DNA of 64,000 nt, taken from the NCBI GenBank assembly GCA_965217585.1, contig OZ244561.1, positions 6,560,001 to 6,624,000 on the forward strand. The letters are read 5' to 3'. The notes beneath the pieces are model-generated. The model made no database searches. It had not been told where the DNA came from and worked only from the letters and a program-made list of their open reading frames with translations. The position numbers and the translations under genes were made by a program. Of the stretch, positions 38,490 to 50,315 are shown piece after piece. Within the stretch, counting starts at the first letter, position 1. Every line of letters starts with the position of its first letter. Origin of the DNA: Candidatus Latescibacterota bacterium (GTDB lineage: Bacteria > Latescibacterota > UBA2968 > UBA8231).

Positions 38490-39611
38490 CTAGGGCCTCC
38501 GCAGATGCGCGCAGAGCCGCTCGGCCGCCAAGGCGTGGCCGGCCGCGTTCCAGTGGCTATCGCGCCAATACAGGGTTTGGGTTTGGGCCTTTTTCCTGAA
38601 CTCGTCGAGCAAGTCGATCAGCACGAATCCATGCTGCTCGGCAAAACCGGCTAGCTCGGCATTGGGCTTGCGCAGGTCGAACTCGCCAATCAGGCCGTAC
38701 AGCTCGCGCTTGGTGCGCCAATTGTCCTCTTCTACCTGGACGATCGACGGCACGTACACGACGGTCAAGCGCGCGCCGCGTCGCTCGACGCTGCGCTTAA
38801 AGGCCGCGAGGATGCGGCCCGTCAGCTCCCAGGTCGGGGCAAAGCGCGCGTCCGCGCCGTACAGGCCCGAGTAAAAATCCTGCTGCTGCCCGCGCGGCAC
38901 CTCCGGCTGCCACGCCTTTTGCACCAGCCGGTACAAATGCCAGTGCTGCGAGAAATAGCGCTGCAACCGCACCGCGAGGGGCAACGAGTCTGCGGACTGT
39001 CGCCAAAAGCCCGATTCCTTTACCGGGACGCCCGCGAGTGCGAGCCGCCCATTGACCCGCACCCGGAAGTAGGGCTTGAAGCCCCGCTCGGCACCAATGC
39101 CCCGACGCGAAGCATTATTCCACAGGTCGTTGCCGTAAAAAAAGAGCACCACCTCATCGGCCTCAAAGCGCGGCCCTTGTTGTTCGAAAAACAGCAGCGC
39201 TTGGTCGGTGCCGTAACCAGCCACCCCGAAGTTGGCCACCTCCACCGCAGCCCCCTCTCGCCGGAGGCAGGTTTCGAGTTGACGGCTGACCACGGCCTCT
39301 ATGGGGACGCCCCACCCCTCGACAAACGAGTCTCCGAACAGGGCTACGCGGCGGATGCCCGCTTCCTTTGTGGCGGCGAACTCGCGGTCGCGCAAGCCGA
39401 TGCTATTGATCCGCATTTCCACATCGAATTCCGGAGTGACCAAGCGGCCGACGCGATTTGGGATGTGGCTCCAACCCAGCTCAGGGTCGTAGCGCCAGAC
39501 GGGGGGCCGGCGGAAGAGCTGCGGATGCAGGAAGCTCAACGCCAGTTCACACAGCGCGATTCCGAGGACTAAGCTGACCAGTGCGAGGGCAATCTTGGGC
39601 GCGTAGCGCAT
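38490..39611 (-). CDS. SGNH/AlgX-like hydrolase or O-acetyltransferase
   Basis: INSIGLRD, FGDSF, NFGVAGY, GND, DSHWNAAGH. Confidence 0.82.
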   Translation of the reverse strand: MRYAPKIALALVSLVLGIALCELALSFLHPQLFRRPPVWRYDPELGWSHIPNRVGRLVTPEFDVEMRINSIGLRDREFAATKEAGIRRVALFGDSFVEGWGVPIEAVVSRQLETCLRREGAAVEVANFGVAGYGTDQALLFFEQQGPRFEADEVVLFFYGNDLWNNASRRGIGAERGFKPYFRVRVNGRLALAGVPVKESGFWRQSADSLPLAVRLQRYFSQHWHLYRLVQKAWQPEVPRGQQQDFYSGLYGADARFAPTWELTGRILAAFKRSVERRGARLTVVYVPSIVQVEEDNWRTKRELYGLIGEFDLRKPNAELAGFAEQHGFVLIDLLDEFRKKAQTQTLYWRDSHWNAAGHALAAERLCAHLRRP

Positions 39612-39846
39612 TCTCTGTTTCGTCCATTCAATATTTATTGTGATCCCTCAAAATCCACACAACAGCGATTTGCTGTCAACCGCGACGCGCTTGGCCGGGA
39701 TACCGCGCCTTATCTATATTGCACCGGCACATGACGAGATGCTCACGAACCTCTTCAACAAGATCAAGGACAATACGAGCGCGGATATTACCGCCACCAG
39801 TATCGTAAACAACCCCGTAAACCGACACCCTAACCCAGAACTAATC

Positions 39847-40977
39847 ATGTCCGAACAAACCACGTACGATTTGCCTGATACCTGCTTGTTGCGGGCGCTG
39901 GATGACGCTCACGAGAAGGGGTTCCGGGATTTTCTGCGCCATAACAAGCATGACGAAAGATGCGAAGCACATCTCAAGCAGGCTGCTGATGCGATGATAA
40001 ATCTAGAAAAAGTAGTGACAGGGAAATTTGTTCCCGACTATTATGATTATGATGACTCGTATCTGGCTGCTGCATACCTAGTCAAATACCACTTGAAACA
40101 CTGCATCCTAGCGTCCTGGGCGTTTAAGAGCATCTTTGACCGAGTTGGTGTTCCGAATACGCTGTATGTTTGTGACGTGGGAGCGGGTACTGGGGCCGGT
40201 CGTGTAGGTTTAGCTCTTGCCCTGTCCAAGTATGGTAAACAACCCGAGATCTATTTTGACGCTCAGGAACCGGCAAAAGCAATGCGGTCCGCAGGTACTT
40301 TTTTCTGGCGAGCATTTCGATGTTCCGTGCCTGATTATTTTAATTATCGCCAATATCCTACTCCGAAAAATCCGCCCGAGCTTCCGGCTAATACGGTGCG
40401 TGTGGTTACGGCATTCTATTTGAGTCTGCCTTGGGATAACAACCAATGGTCCTCGTATTGGGAAGAAAGTGTAAAGCCTGCCAAGAATACCCTAGAAGAG
40501 GTATTTCGTATAGTTAGCCCTGATTTAGGGATTTTCACCATCCCTAATACAAAAAAGAAGGCTCTGTATAGAGTGGTAGACGATTCCTACGATTGGGATA
40601 AGGAATTCGGAACTGATATAGATATTCCCAAGGATCCTGATAATCCTCAGGATCCTGGCAGATCCCATTTTTATACTAACTGCGCAGTTGATTTTGGCTT
40701 TGAAGTACCTGAAGCGGAAGGAGACACAATTAAATCTGTTCGTCGCAGGAGCCGTTATCGATTCAGTTCGCCGAAATACAGCATGTTGTCCTATCGCGTT
40801 TCATCTCGTCGTGCAGAGTTGTTGAGGCAGGGGCGAAAAGAGGCTAAGAGCAAAGCTGCCGAGCAGGAAAGACTACAGGAGTGGAAAAAAGCTGAGGCCA
40901 AGCGCAAGATCGACGAGCAAGGCGAGAAAGCTGAACGCTATCGAAGAGCACTCCGCCTGTTAAAGCCGCTTTCCTAA
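39847..40977 (+). CDS. Class I SAM-dependent methyltransferase-like protein (Rsm22-like)
   Basis: AAAYLVKY and VCDVGAGTGAG SAM motif I; lower GC; start uncertain. Confidence 0.55.
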   Translation: MSEQTTYDLPDTCLLRALDDAHEKGFRDFLRHNKHDERCEAHLKQAADAMINLEKVVTGKFVPDYYDYDDSYLAAAYLVKYHLKHCILASWAFKSIFDRVGVPNTLYVCDVGAGTGAGRVGLALALSKYGKQPEIYFDAQEPAKAMRSAGTFFWRAFRCSVPDYFNYRQYPTPKNPPELPANTVRVVTAFYLSLPWDNNQWSSYWEESVKPAKNTLEEVFRIVSPDLGIFTIPNTKKKALYRVVDDSYDWDKEFGTDIDIPKDPDNPQDPGRSHFYTNCAVDFGFEVPEAEGDTIKSVRRRSRYRFSSPKYSMLSYRVSSRRAELLRQGRKEAKSKAAEQERLQEWKKAEAKRKIDEQGEKAERYRRALRLLKPLS

Positions 40978-40989
40978 GGAGGTTTTGCA

Positions 40990-41925
40990 ATGACAGATTC
41001 TATACAGCAAGACCTGTTTGATTCCCTTGATCCCGGTGTGTCGCAGGACGTTTCCGGCCCCGATAAAACCGGCAAGGCTGACGTGACGTATGTCCAGACG
41101 GGGCAGTTGCTGACGAAGCCGACCGGGTTTATGAACGCGTATGATTTTACGCTCAACCCGTATAGCGGCTGCTCATTTGGCTGTACCTATTGCTACGCGG
41201 CGTTTTTCAGCCGAGATGCCGAAAAGCGCGACACGTGGGGCTATTGGGTTGATGTAAAAGAAAATGCAATCGAGCTGATGGATAAGCGCCGGAAGTCGCT
41301 GGACGACAAGCTCATTTATATGAGTAGCGTCACCGATCCTTATCAGCCCATCGAGCGAGAGTTGGAACTCACTCGCCGCCTGCTGGAAATTATGGCCGAG
41401 CGGCACAAGCCCAAGTTAGTCGTCCAAACCCGCAGCCCACTGGTGGCACGGGATTGCGACCTGTTCCAGCGCATTGAGAATAACGGCGGACGGGTACAGG
41501 TCAATATGACGGTCACTACCGACGATGAGGACATCCGGCGGACTTTTGAGCCGTTCTGTCCGGGTAATCACCGCCGACTAGAGGCCATCAAGGAAGTACA
41601 GGCGGCCGACATTGATACCTGCATCACGATGACGCCCCTGCTGCTGGTCAATAACAACCGTGACTTTGCCGATGCCCTGATTGATACCGGAGTCGAGAAA
41701 TTCATCGCCCAGCCTTTTCACTTCCGGCAAGGGAAATTTCTGGCCGGCACGCGGGACGGGGCGTACGACCTGATGGCGCAGAAGCTGGGCTGCGGGCGCA
41801 GTGATTTTGAACATGAGTATCTGGAACGCTATCGGCAATTCTTCGGAGTGCTCGACAACAAACTGCGCGATCGCGGTTTGCCGCCTTTAGGTGAAGGAAA
41901 GGACGGGTTTGCGCCGCCGTTTTAG
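40990..41925 (+). CDS. Spore photoproduct lyase-like radical SAM protein
   Basis: LNPYSGCSFGCTYCYA, SSVTDPYQPIE, QTRSPL; GGAGG RBS. Confidence 0.85.
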   Translation: MTDSIQQDLFDSLDPGVSQDVSGPDKTGKADVTYVQTGQLLTKPTGFMNAYDFTLNPYSGCSFGCTYCYAAFFSRDAEKRDTWGYWVDVKENAIELMDKRRKSLDDKLIYMSSVTDPYQPIERELELTRRLLEIMAERHKPKLVVQTRSPLVARDCDLFQRIENNGGRVQVNMTVTTDDEDIRRTFEPFCPGNHRRLEAIKEVQAADIDTCITMTPLLLVNNNRDFADALIDTGVEKFIAQPFHFRQGKFLAGTRDGAYDLMAQKLGCGRSDFEHEYLERYRQFFGVLDNKLRDRGLPPLGEGKDGFAPPF

Positions 41926-41972
41926 CCATCGACCTACCTCACCCCAATCTGGCCGATAAGGTACTCTATGAC

Positions 41973-42001
41973 TTGATGCATACGTCATTTTGACGTATGA
42001 T
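41973..42001 (+). promoter_or_regulatory. TA promoter with palindromic operator
   Basis: TTGATG-N17-TATGAT overlapped by perfect CATACGTCA-TTT-TGACGTATG (41979-41999). Confidence 0.65.
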
Positions 42002-42007
42002 TTAAGG

Positions 42008-42108
42008 ATGGAAAGAGTCCTATTTGACAAGGTGAGAAAAAATCTGAAATAGAAGGCGATGAGGTTAATTCTATTCAAGTTGAGGAGATCAATAAACATG
42101 ATTACTAA
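42008..42108 (+). pseudogene. Internally deleted RelE/HigB-like toxin
   Basis: MERVLFDKVRKNLK* plus an out-of-frame C-terminal IEGDEVNSIQVEEINKHDY* that overlaps the antitoxin start. Confidence 0.55.
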
Positions 42109-42400
42109 AGGACAATATGGGATTTCTAATTTGGAGAGAGACTTTGGATGTCTGACATTTGGAAATGCTCTGGCAAGCTATCGAATAGGAGAAGAAAAAA
42201 GCCAGAGAGAGTTTGCTATTTTTTTGGGTATTTCACCTCAAAGCCTTTGTGATATTGAAAAAGAAAGAAGAATTCCAAGTCCCAGTAGGGCCGCTAAAAT
42301 TGCCGGAAAACTTGGCGAACCAGAAAGTTTTTGGGTTCAGCTTGCATTACAAGATATGCTGCGAAAAGAAAATTTGAACCTTGTTGTTTCCATCGGTTGA
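42098..42400 (+). CDS. XRE-family HTH antitoxin (HigA-like)
   Basis: SQREFAIFLGISPQSLCDIEKERRIPS; very low GC. Confidence 0.82.
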   Translation: MITKGQYGISNLERDFGCLTFGNALASYRIGEEKSQREFAIFLGISPQSLCDIEKERRIPSPSRAAKIAGKLGEPESFWVQLALQDMLRKENLNLVVSIG

Positions 42401-42444
42401 TGAAAAATGCCGTACTGTGTAGCGAAGCACCCCGTCTTCAACTC

Positions 42445-43560
42445 ATGCGTCACATTCTAGTCACAGGCGGTGCTGGCTTTATCGGCTCGCACACCGTAGA
42501 TCGCCTCGTCGCCGCGGGCTATCGCGTCCGCATCCTCGACTCCCTACAGGAGCGGGTCCACCCCGAAGGCTGGCCCACCTATCTGCCCGCAGGCGTAGAA
42601 AAGATGCGCGGCGACGTGCGCCAACGCGCCGACTGGCTGGCTGCGCTCGACGGCATCGACGGCGTCATCCACCTAGCGGCCTACCAAGACTACATGCCGG
42701 ACTTCTCCACCTTCCACCACGTCAATATCGTCGGTGCCACCCTGCTCTACGAGCTGATCGTCGCCGAGAAGCTGCCCGTGCGGAAAGTAGTCCTAGCCTC
42801 GTCGCAAGCCGTCTATGGCGAGGGCAAGTACCGCTGCGACGAGCACGGCATCGTCTATCCCGACGCCCGTCCCGACGCGCAGCTAGCCAGCGCCGAGTGG
42901 GAAGTCCGCTGCCCTCACTGCGCCGCTCCCCTCGAACACCAGCCGATCACCGAAGACACCGTCAACCCTCACACCACCTATGGCATCTCCAAATACGCGG
43001 CAGAGCTGACCTCCTTTAGCCTCGGCCGCAAATACGACATCCCCACGGTCAACATGCGCTACTCCATCGTCCAGGGGCCGCGCAACTCCTTTTTCAATGC
43101 CTATTCGGGCATCGGCCGCATTTTTGCCCTCCGCGTCCTGCACGGCCAGCCCCCCGTCTGCTACGAGGACGGCCAATCGCTGCGCGACTACGTCTATGTC
43201 GGCGATGTGGCCCGCGCCAATGTTCTCTGTCTTGAAGACGAGCGCGCCGATTTCCGCTCCTTCAATATCGCCGGGCAGCGCGGCACCACCGTCCGCGAAT
43301 ACGCTCAGCTAGTAACGCGCATCGCCGGGCGGGCCATCGAACCGCTCGTAAGCGGCGAATACCGCTTTGGCGACACCCGCCACACCGTCTCCTCCGGCGA
43401 GGCCCTGCAAGCCCTCGGCTGGCAGCCCGAGGTCCCGCTCGAACAAACCATTGGCGAATACATCGAGTGGGTCAAAGGACAGCCCAACCTCGCGGACTTC
43501 TACGCCACGGCCCAAGCGAACATGCGGGCTGCCAACGTCCTTCGCAGGGCTAGCGCGTGA
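42445..43560 (+). CDS. NAD-dependent nucleotide-sugar epimerase/dehydratase
   Basis: LVTGGAGFIGSH, SSQAVYG, YGISK, RDYVYVGD, YRFGDTRH. Confidence 0.9.
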   Translation: MRHILVTGGAGFIGSHTVDRLVAAGYRVRILDSLQERVHPEGWPTYLPAGVEKMRGDVRQRADWLAALDGIDGVIHLAAYQDYMPDFSTFHHVNIVGATLLYELIVAEKLPVRKVVLASSQAVYGEGKYRCDEHGIVYPDARPDAQLASAEWEVRCPHCAAPLEHQPITEDTVNPHTTYGISKYAAELTSFSLGRKYDIPTVNMRYSIVQGPRNSFFNAYSGIGRIFALRVLHGQPPVCYEDGQSLRDYVYVGDVARANVLCLEDERADFRSFNIAGQRGTTVREYAQLVTRIAGRAIEPLVSGEYRFGDTRHTVSSGEALQALGWQPEVPLEQTIGEYIEWVKGQPNLADFYATAQANMRAANVLRRASA

Positions 43561-44276
43561 AGGCGATGATCCTAGCCGCCGGGCGCGGCACGCGCCTGCG
43601 CCCACGCACCGACGCGATTCCCAAGGCAATGGTCCCCTTTGCCGGCAAACCCCTGCTCGAATACGTCGTGCGCCTGTTGGCCCGGCACGGATTCGACGAC
43701 CTCATCATCAACCTCCACCACTTGCCCCACGTCATCACCGACTATTTCGGCGATGGCCGGGCCTGGGGGGTGTCGATTACCTATTCGCTGGAGGACGATC
43801 TGCTCGGCACCGCCGGCGCTGCGTGGCAAGTGGCCGACTTCTTCGACGGGCCTTTTTTAATGTACTACGGAGACAACCTGACCAACTTCGACCTAGGCGA
43901 CTTGTGGCAAACCCACCAACGCGAGGGCGAGATCGCCAGCACCGGGCTCCTGTGGATGGACGACCCGACCACGCGAGGCATCGTCGGCCTCGACGCGCGC
44001 GGCCGCATCGAGCGCTTCGTCGAAAAACCGCGGCCCGACCAAGTATTCGACAACTATTGGGTCAACGCCGGGATCTACGCCCTACAACCCGAAATCCTCG
44101 ATCGCATCCCGCCCGACACTCCCTGCGACTTCAGCGAGGTCTTCGCCGACTTGCTCGCCGTAGGTCGCCCTCTGCTCGGGCATCCCATGCGCGGTCAACT
44201 CCTTTCGACCGATACACCGGAGCGCTACCACCACGCCTGTCAGTGCGTGGACTCGGGAACCTTTGCCCTTCCTTGA
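43557..44276 (+). CDS. Sugar-1-phosphate nucleotidyltransferase (HddC/ManC-like)
   Basis: MILAAGRGTRLRP, PKAM, LGTAGA, YGD, FVEKP, NAGIY. Confidence 0.88.
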   Translation: MKAMILAAGRGTRLRPRTDAIPKAMVPFAGKPLLEYVVRLLARHGFDDLIINLHHLPHVITDYFGDGRAWGVSITYSLEDDLLGTAGAAWQVADFFDGPFLMYYGDNLTNFDLGDLWQTHQREGEIASTGLLWMDDPTTRGIVGLDARGRIERFVEKPRPDQVFDNYWVNAGIYALQPEILDRIPPDTPCDFSEVFADLLAVGRPLLGHPMRGQLLSTDTPERYHHACQCVDSGTFALP

Positions 44277-44288
44277 AACGAGGCTAGT

Positions 44289-45278
44289 TTGATCATCACC
44301 AGAGCGCCGCTACGCATTCCGCTCGGTGGCGGCGGCACCGATCTAGCGTCCTATTACACCCACTACGGAGGCTTTGTACTCAGCGCTGGCATCGACAAAT
44401 ACGTCTATATCCAGCTCAATGACCTCGAGGTGGAAGACTTCATTCGCGTCAAATACTCGCAAACCGAAAAGGTCGATGCGCCCGACCAGATCCAACATCC
44501 CCTGCTGCGCGAAGCCCTGATCTACGCCGGGATTGAGGGCGGGATCGAAATAAGCGCGATGTCTGACGTACCGGGACGCACGGGTTTGGGGTCGTCGGGC
44601 GCGTTCACCGTGGCGCTGCTGGCCGCGCTCCACGCCTATAAGCACCAACAGCCCTCTCCTCAAGAGCTAGCGGAGGAAGCCCACTATATCGAAGCGGTGC
44701 GGGCTGCTCAGCCAGCGGGCAAACACGACCACTACTTGGGCACTTTCGGCGGCCTGACTTGCCTCGACATCGATACCAGCGGTCGCGTCGCAGTCGCACC
44801 ACTGGCGATCTCCGCACCCACCGCCGAGGCCCTAGCCGCCAACATGCTGATCTTTTTTACCGGCATCCGGCGCGAGAGTTCGGACATCCTCGCGCAACAA
44901 AACCAAGACACCCAACAAGGCGACGACCGGGTACTAGACAGCCTGCATCAGACCAAGCAGATCGGCTACCAGATCAAGGAGGCGCTCGAACGGGACGCGC
45001 TCGACCGCTTCGGCGAATTACTCCACGAGCACTGGATGACCAAAAAGCAGCGGGCGCAGCAGATATCCAATGCGGATATCGACCGCTGGTACGCGGCCGG
45101 CCGCGCCGCCGGTGCCCTCGGCGGCAAGCTGCTAGGGGCCGGCGGCGGTGGCTTCCTCATGTTCTATTGCCCGACTGAACACCACCCCAAGCTGCGCGCC
45201 ACCATGGCCCAAGCGGGCCTGCGCGAGATGCGTTTCCGCTTCGATACAGAAGGCGCTAAAGTCCTAGCCACCCTCTGA
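44289..45278 (+). CDS. GHMP kinase, heptose-7-phosphate kinase (HddA-like)
   Basis: RAPLRIPLGGGGTD, TGLGSSG, GKHDHY, GGKLLGAGGGGF. Confidence 0.85.
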   Translation: MIITRAPLRIPLGGGGTDLASYYTHYGGFVLSAGIDKYVYIQLNDLEVEDFIRVKYSQTEKVDAPDQIQHPLLREALIYAGIEGGIEISAMSDVPGRTGLGSSGAFTVALLAALHAYKHQQPSPQELAEEAHYIEAVRAAQPAGKHDHYLGTFGGLTCLDIDTSGRVAVAPLAISAPTAEALAANMLIFFTGIRRESSDILAQQNQDTQQGDDRVLDSLHQTKQIGYQIKEALERDALDRFGELLHEHWMTKKQRAQQISNADIDRWYAAGRAAGALGGKLLGAGGGGFLMFYCPTEHHPKLRATMAQAGLREMRFRFDTEGAKVLATL

Positions 45279-46123
45279 TGCGTCGCTTGCAACTAGGCGA
45301 GGCCGAGGCCGTACACCTGCCCGGCGGCGACTTTCGACTCGACGGAGGGACTATGTTCGGCGTGGTGCCCAAGGCCCTATGGCAACGCGAGTGCCTCCCG
45401 GACGAGCACAATCGCGTCCGTCTATCGTGCAACTGCCTGCTCCTGAAAACGGGCCGTGAGTTCGTGCTGCTCGACGCCGGGTTTGGCGAGCGCTTCTCCC
45501 CGCGCGAGCGCGCCATGTACGGCATGGACGGCACACATACGCTACGCGGCTCGCTCGACGCCGCCGGTGTGGCCCCGGAGGCGATCACCATGGTCGCGCT
45601 CACCCACCTGCACTTCGACCACTTCTCTGGCTGCCTCATTGAGCAAGGCGGAGAATGGGCACCACTCTTTCCCAACGCCGTCCACGCGGTGCAGCGCGGC
45701 GAGTGGGACGACGCCTTGGCCGGCCGCAGCACCATGCGGAGCAGCTACCGACCCGAGGAACTGCACACCCTCGCCCGCCAAGTCGAGATGCGCTTCCTCG
45801 ACGGCGACAGCGCATTGGTCCCCGGGCTGACGGCCTTTGTCACCGGCGGCCACACCTGCGCCCATCAGGGCTTTCGTCTTGAGGCCAGCGGCCGCACCCT
45901 CGTCTATCCCGGAGAACTGGTGCCGACGCGCCTCCACCTACGGCCCTATTGGAACATGGCCTACGACATGTTCCCCTATCAGACCTTGACCCGCAAACAG
46001 CACTTTGCCGCCGAAGCCGCCGCCCAAGGGTGGATTGTCGCCTGGGACCACGATCCCGACTCGCCGTGGAGCCGCATCGTCCAAGACGGCGAACGCTTTG
46101 TCGCCCGCGATGTGGAATTTTGA
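45278..46123 (+). CDS. MBL-fold metallo-hydrolase (YtnP-like)
   Basis: LDGGTMFGVVPK, THLHFDH, GHTCAHQ, HDP. Confidence 0.88.
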   Translation: MRRLQLGEAEAVHLPGGDFRLDGGTMFGVVPKALWQRECLPDEHNRVRLSCNCLLLKTGREFVLLDAGFGERFSPRERAMYGMDGTHTLRGSLDAAGVAPEAITMVALTHLHFDHFSGCLIEQGGEWAPLFPNAVHAVQRGEWDDALAGRSTMRSSYRPEELHTLARQVEMRFLDGDSALVPGLTAFVTGGHTCAHQGFRLEASGRTLVYPGELVPTRLHLRPYWNMAYDMFPYQTLTRKQHFAAEAAAQGWIVAWDHDPDSPWSRIVQDGERFVARDVEF

Positions 46124-46158
46124 CCGAGATTAGGCCATGCGTTACTTTTAACGCCACT

Positions 46159-46404
46159 ATGTCCTTGGAAGTCATTGAAATTCCCGCCGCGCACCGCGAC
46201 CTGCTCAACCGCCTGTCCGAGCTGATTCCCGACCTCGAACCAGACTCGCCGCAGAGCTTGCAGCGGATCTTCGGCTTGGGGCTGATCGCTTTAACCATGC
46301 AGATCGCCAATAAGGCCCGCGCCCAAGATCAAGGCGATCTAGTCGCCGAGTTGGGCGACCTCGCCAAGTCCATGGTCGAGGCCGAAGGCTGGGCTTCACT
46401 ATGA
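46159..46404 (+). CDS. Small hypothetical protein (81 aa)
   Basis: Host-like codon use; ATGA overlap with the downstream SDR. Confidence 0.5.
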   Translation: MSLEVIEIPAAHRDLLNRLSELIPDLEPDSPQSLQRIFGLGLIALTMQIANKARAQDQGDLVAELGDLAKSMVEAEGWASL

Positions 46405-47183
46405 TGATCCCGCCCTCCTCGCTCGACCTCTTCAGCCTCAAGGGGCGCACGGCCTTGGTGACGGGCGGCAGCAAGGGCCTCGGAGAAGCCATGGCCTGCG
46501 CGCTGTCGGCGGCCGGTGCCGACGTGGCCCTCACCAGCCGCAATGTGAAAGAAGCCGACGCCGCGGCTGCGCAAATCAGTGCCCACACCAACGGCCGCGT
46601 GCTCGCCTTCCAAGCCGACGCGGCCGACCGCGCCCAAGTGGAAGCCTCGGTCCGCCAAACCAGCGACGCCTTGGGCCCTATCGACATCCTGGTCAACAAC
46701 GCCGGCATCAACATCCGCAGCCCTATCGTCGAGCTGCGCGACGAGGATTGGGACGCGGTCATCGCCATCAACCTCACCGGCCCGATGTACTACTGCCGAG
46801 CCGTGGGGCCGCAGATGATCGAGCGCGGCTACGGCCGCGTCATCAACCTCGGGTCCACGGTGTCTCAGGTCTCAATCGCCGACCGCACCCCGTATGCATC
46901 GAGCAAGGGCGGCATCGTCCAGCTCACCAAAACCCTCGCCCTCGAATGGGCACCGCACGGGATCACCGTCAACGCCATCTGCCCCGGTCCCTTTACCACC
47001 CCGATCAACGCCATCCTGCTACAAGACCCAGCCAAGGCGCGCGAAATGATTGCCAAGGTCCCCATGGACCGCTGGGGCGACCCGGCCGAACTGGCCACGG
47101 CCGTCCTCTACTTTGCCTCAGAAGCATCTGGCTTTACCACCGGGGCGACTCTAGTCGTCGACGGCGGGTACACCGCTCAGTAG
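46401..47183 (+). CDS. SDR oxidoreductase (gluconate 5-dehydrogenase-like)
   Basis: TGGSKGLG, NNAG, YASSK, NAICPG, VDGG. Confidence 0.9.
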   Translation: MMIPPSSLDLFSLKGRTALVTGGSKGLGEAMACALSAAGADVALTSRNVKEADAAAAQISAHTNGRVLAFQADAADRAQVEASVRQTSDALGPIDILVNNAGINIRSPIVELRDEDWDAVIAINLTGPMYYCRAVGPQMIERGYGRVINLGSTVSQVSIADRTPYASSKGGIVQLTKTLALEWAPHGITVNAICPGPFTTPINAILLQDPAKAREMIAKVPMDRWGDPAELATAVLYFASEASGFTTGATLVVDGGYTAQ

Positions 47184-47189
47184 CGCGGT

Positions 47190-47975
47190 CTAAAGCCGAC
47201 GGCAGACCCTCTTAAAAGCGAATCGCGTCAAGCGAGGCAAGTGCTGGCGCAGCTTGATCAGCAAATGCGCGGCCGCGTCTGGGACGCTCTTGTGCTTGCC
47301 CGCGGCTACGGCGTCTGCGATGGCCGCGGCCACTTCCTCCGCCGACTTGGCGAACTTTTCCTGCACCGGCAGGTGCTTAGTGCCGGCTCGCTCGGCAAAC
47401 TCAGTATGCACCAAGCCCGGCCCCACGAGGTGGACGCCAATGCCCTGGGGTGCCAGCTCGTAGTCGAGGCTTTCGGCCAAGCCGTTCACCGCGAATTTCG
47501 TCGCGCTGTACACGGCGTGCTTGGGCACGGGGAATTCGCCGGCAATACTCGATATGAAGACCAACCGGCCCCGCCCTTGTGCTATCATACCCGGCAGAAA
47601 GGTCCGGGTGCAGTAGATGACGCCGAGCAGGTTCGTCTGCACCACGGCCGCGCATTCGCGCACATCCGCGTCGGCAAAGGAGTTGTAATGCCCCCGACCC
47701 GCGTTGTTGATCAGCACGTCGGCTCCGCCCCATTGCGCCTCCACCTCGGCGTGCAAAGCGCCAACTTGAGCCAGATCGCCTACGTCGCACGGCACCACTA
47801 GCGGTCGGCGACCACCACTTTCTTCAATTGCCGACCCTAATTCTGCTAGAGCCTCGGCGCGGCGTGCCACCAAAACCAAGCGCGCCCCGCGCTCGGCCAG
47901 CACGAGGGCCAAGGCACGGCCGATGCCGCTGCTGGCTCCGGTCAGCACGACCCGCTGATCATCCCAGTCCATCAT
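47190..47975 (-). CDS. SDR oxidoreductase
   Basis: TGASSGIG, NNAG, YSATK. Confidence 0.9.
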   Translation of the reverse strand: MMDWDDQRVVLTGASSGIGRALALVLAERGARLVLVARRAEALAELGSAIEESGGRRPLVVPCDVGDLAQVGALHAEVEAQWGGADVLINNAGRGHYNSFADADVRECAAVVQTNLLGVIYCTRTFLPGMIAQGRGRLVFISSIAGEFPVPKHAVYSATKFAVNGLAESLDYELAPQGIGVHLVGPGLVHTEFAERAGTKHLPVQEKFAKSAEEVAAAIADAVAAGKHKSVPDAAAHLLIKLRQHLPRLTRFAFKRVCRRL

Positions 47976-48182
47976 CGCCTCGTTTTTTCATAATGAAAAT
48001 ATCACCTGTTTATTGTATTTTAGAGAAAATTTTATAACTCCATATTTTTCATTCACTTATCTGTATTATTTTCTTCGTTTTTGTGGATATATTATCATTA
48101 TGGTAATCCACTCGTTTATTACTTTGAGTCCAGTACGGCGTAAGTTCTTTATAAACAAAACCATAGCAAAATTTTTGTCCTT

Positions 48183-48198
48183 TGGCACGAAAGTTGCA
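48183..48198 (+). promoter_or_regulatory. Sigma-54 (-24/-12) promoter of groES-groEL
   Basis: TGGCACGAAAGTTGCA matches TGGCACG-N4-TTGCW; AT-rich upstream tract. Confidence 0.75.
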
Positions 48199-48243
48199 TA
48201 TAGCATGCCATAGCCATTTTACCCATAAAAGGAGGAGTCAATC

Positions 48244-50183
<1,940 letters not shown>

Positions 50184-50204
50184 GGGACGCCTAGTAAACG
50201 CGCA

Positions 50205-50247
50205 AAAGCGGGCGGGGTGTTTCATCCCGCCCGCTTTCTTTTTATTT
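50205..50247 (+). terminator. Intrinsic terminator after groEL
   Basis: AAAGCGGGCGGG/CCCGCCCGCTTT stem followed by a T-rich tract. Confidence 0.85.
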
Positions 50248-50315
50248 AAATTTTGCAAAATGAATTGCTGAGTTGGATGCGCGCCTTCAATCCACTAATT
50301 CCTTAAGGACTACAG

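Noticed and set aside
48090-48135. CIRCE element for groESL
   Set aside because: CACTC...GAGT has the wrong spacing and lacks the TTAG/CTAA ends
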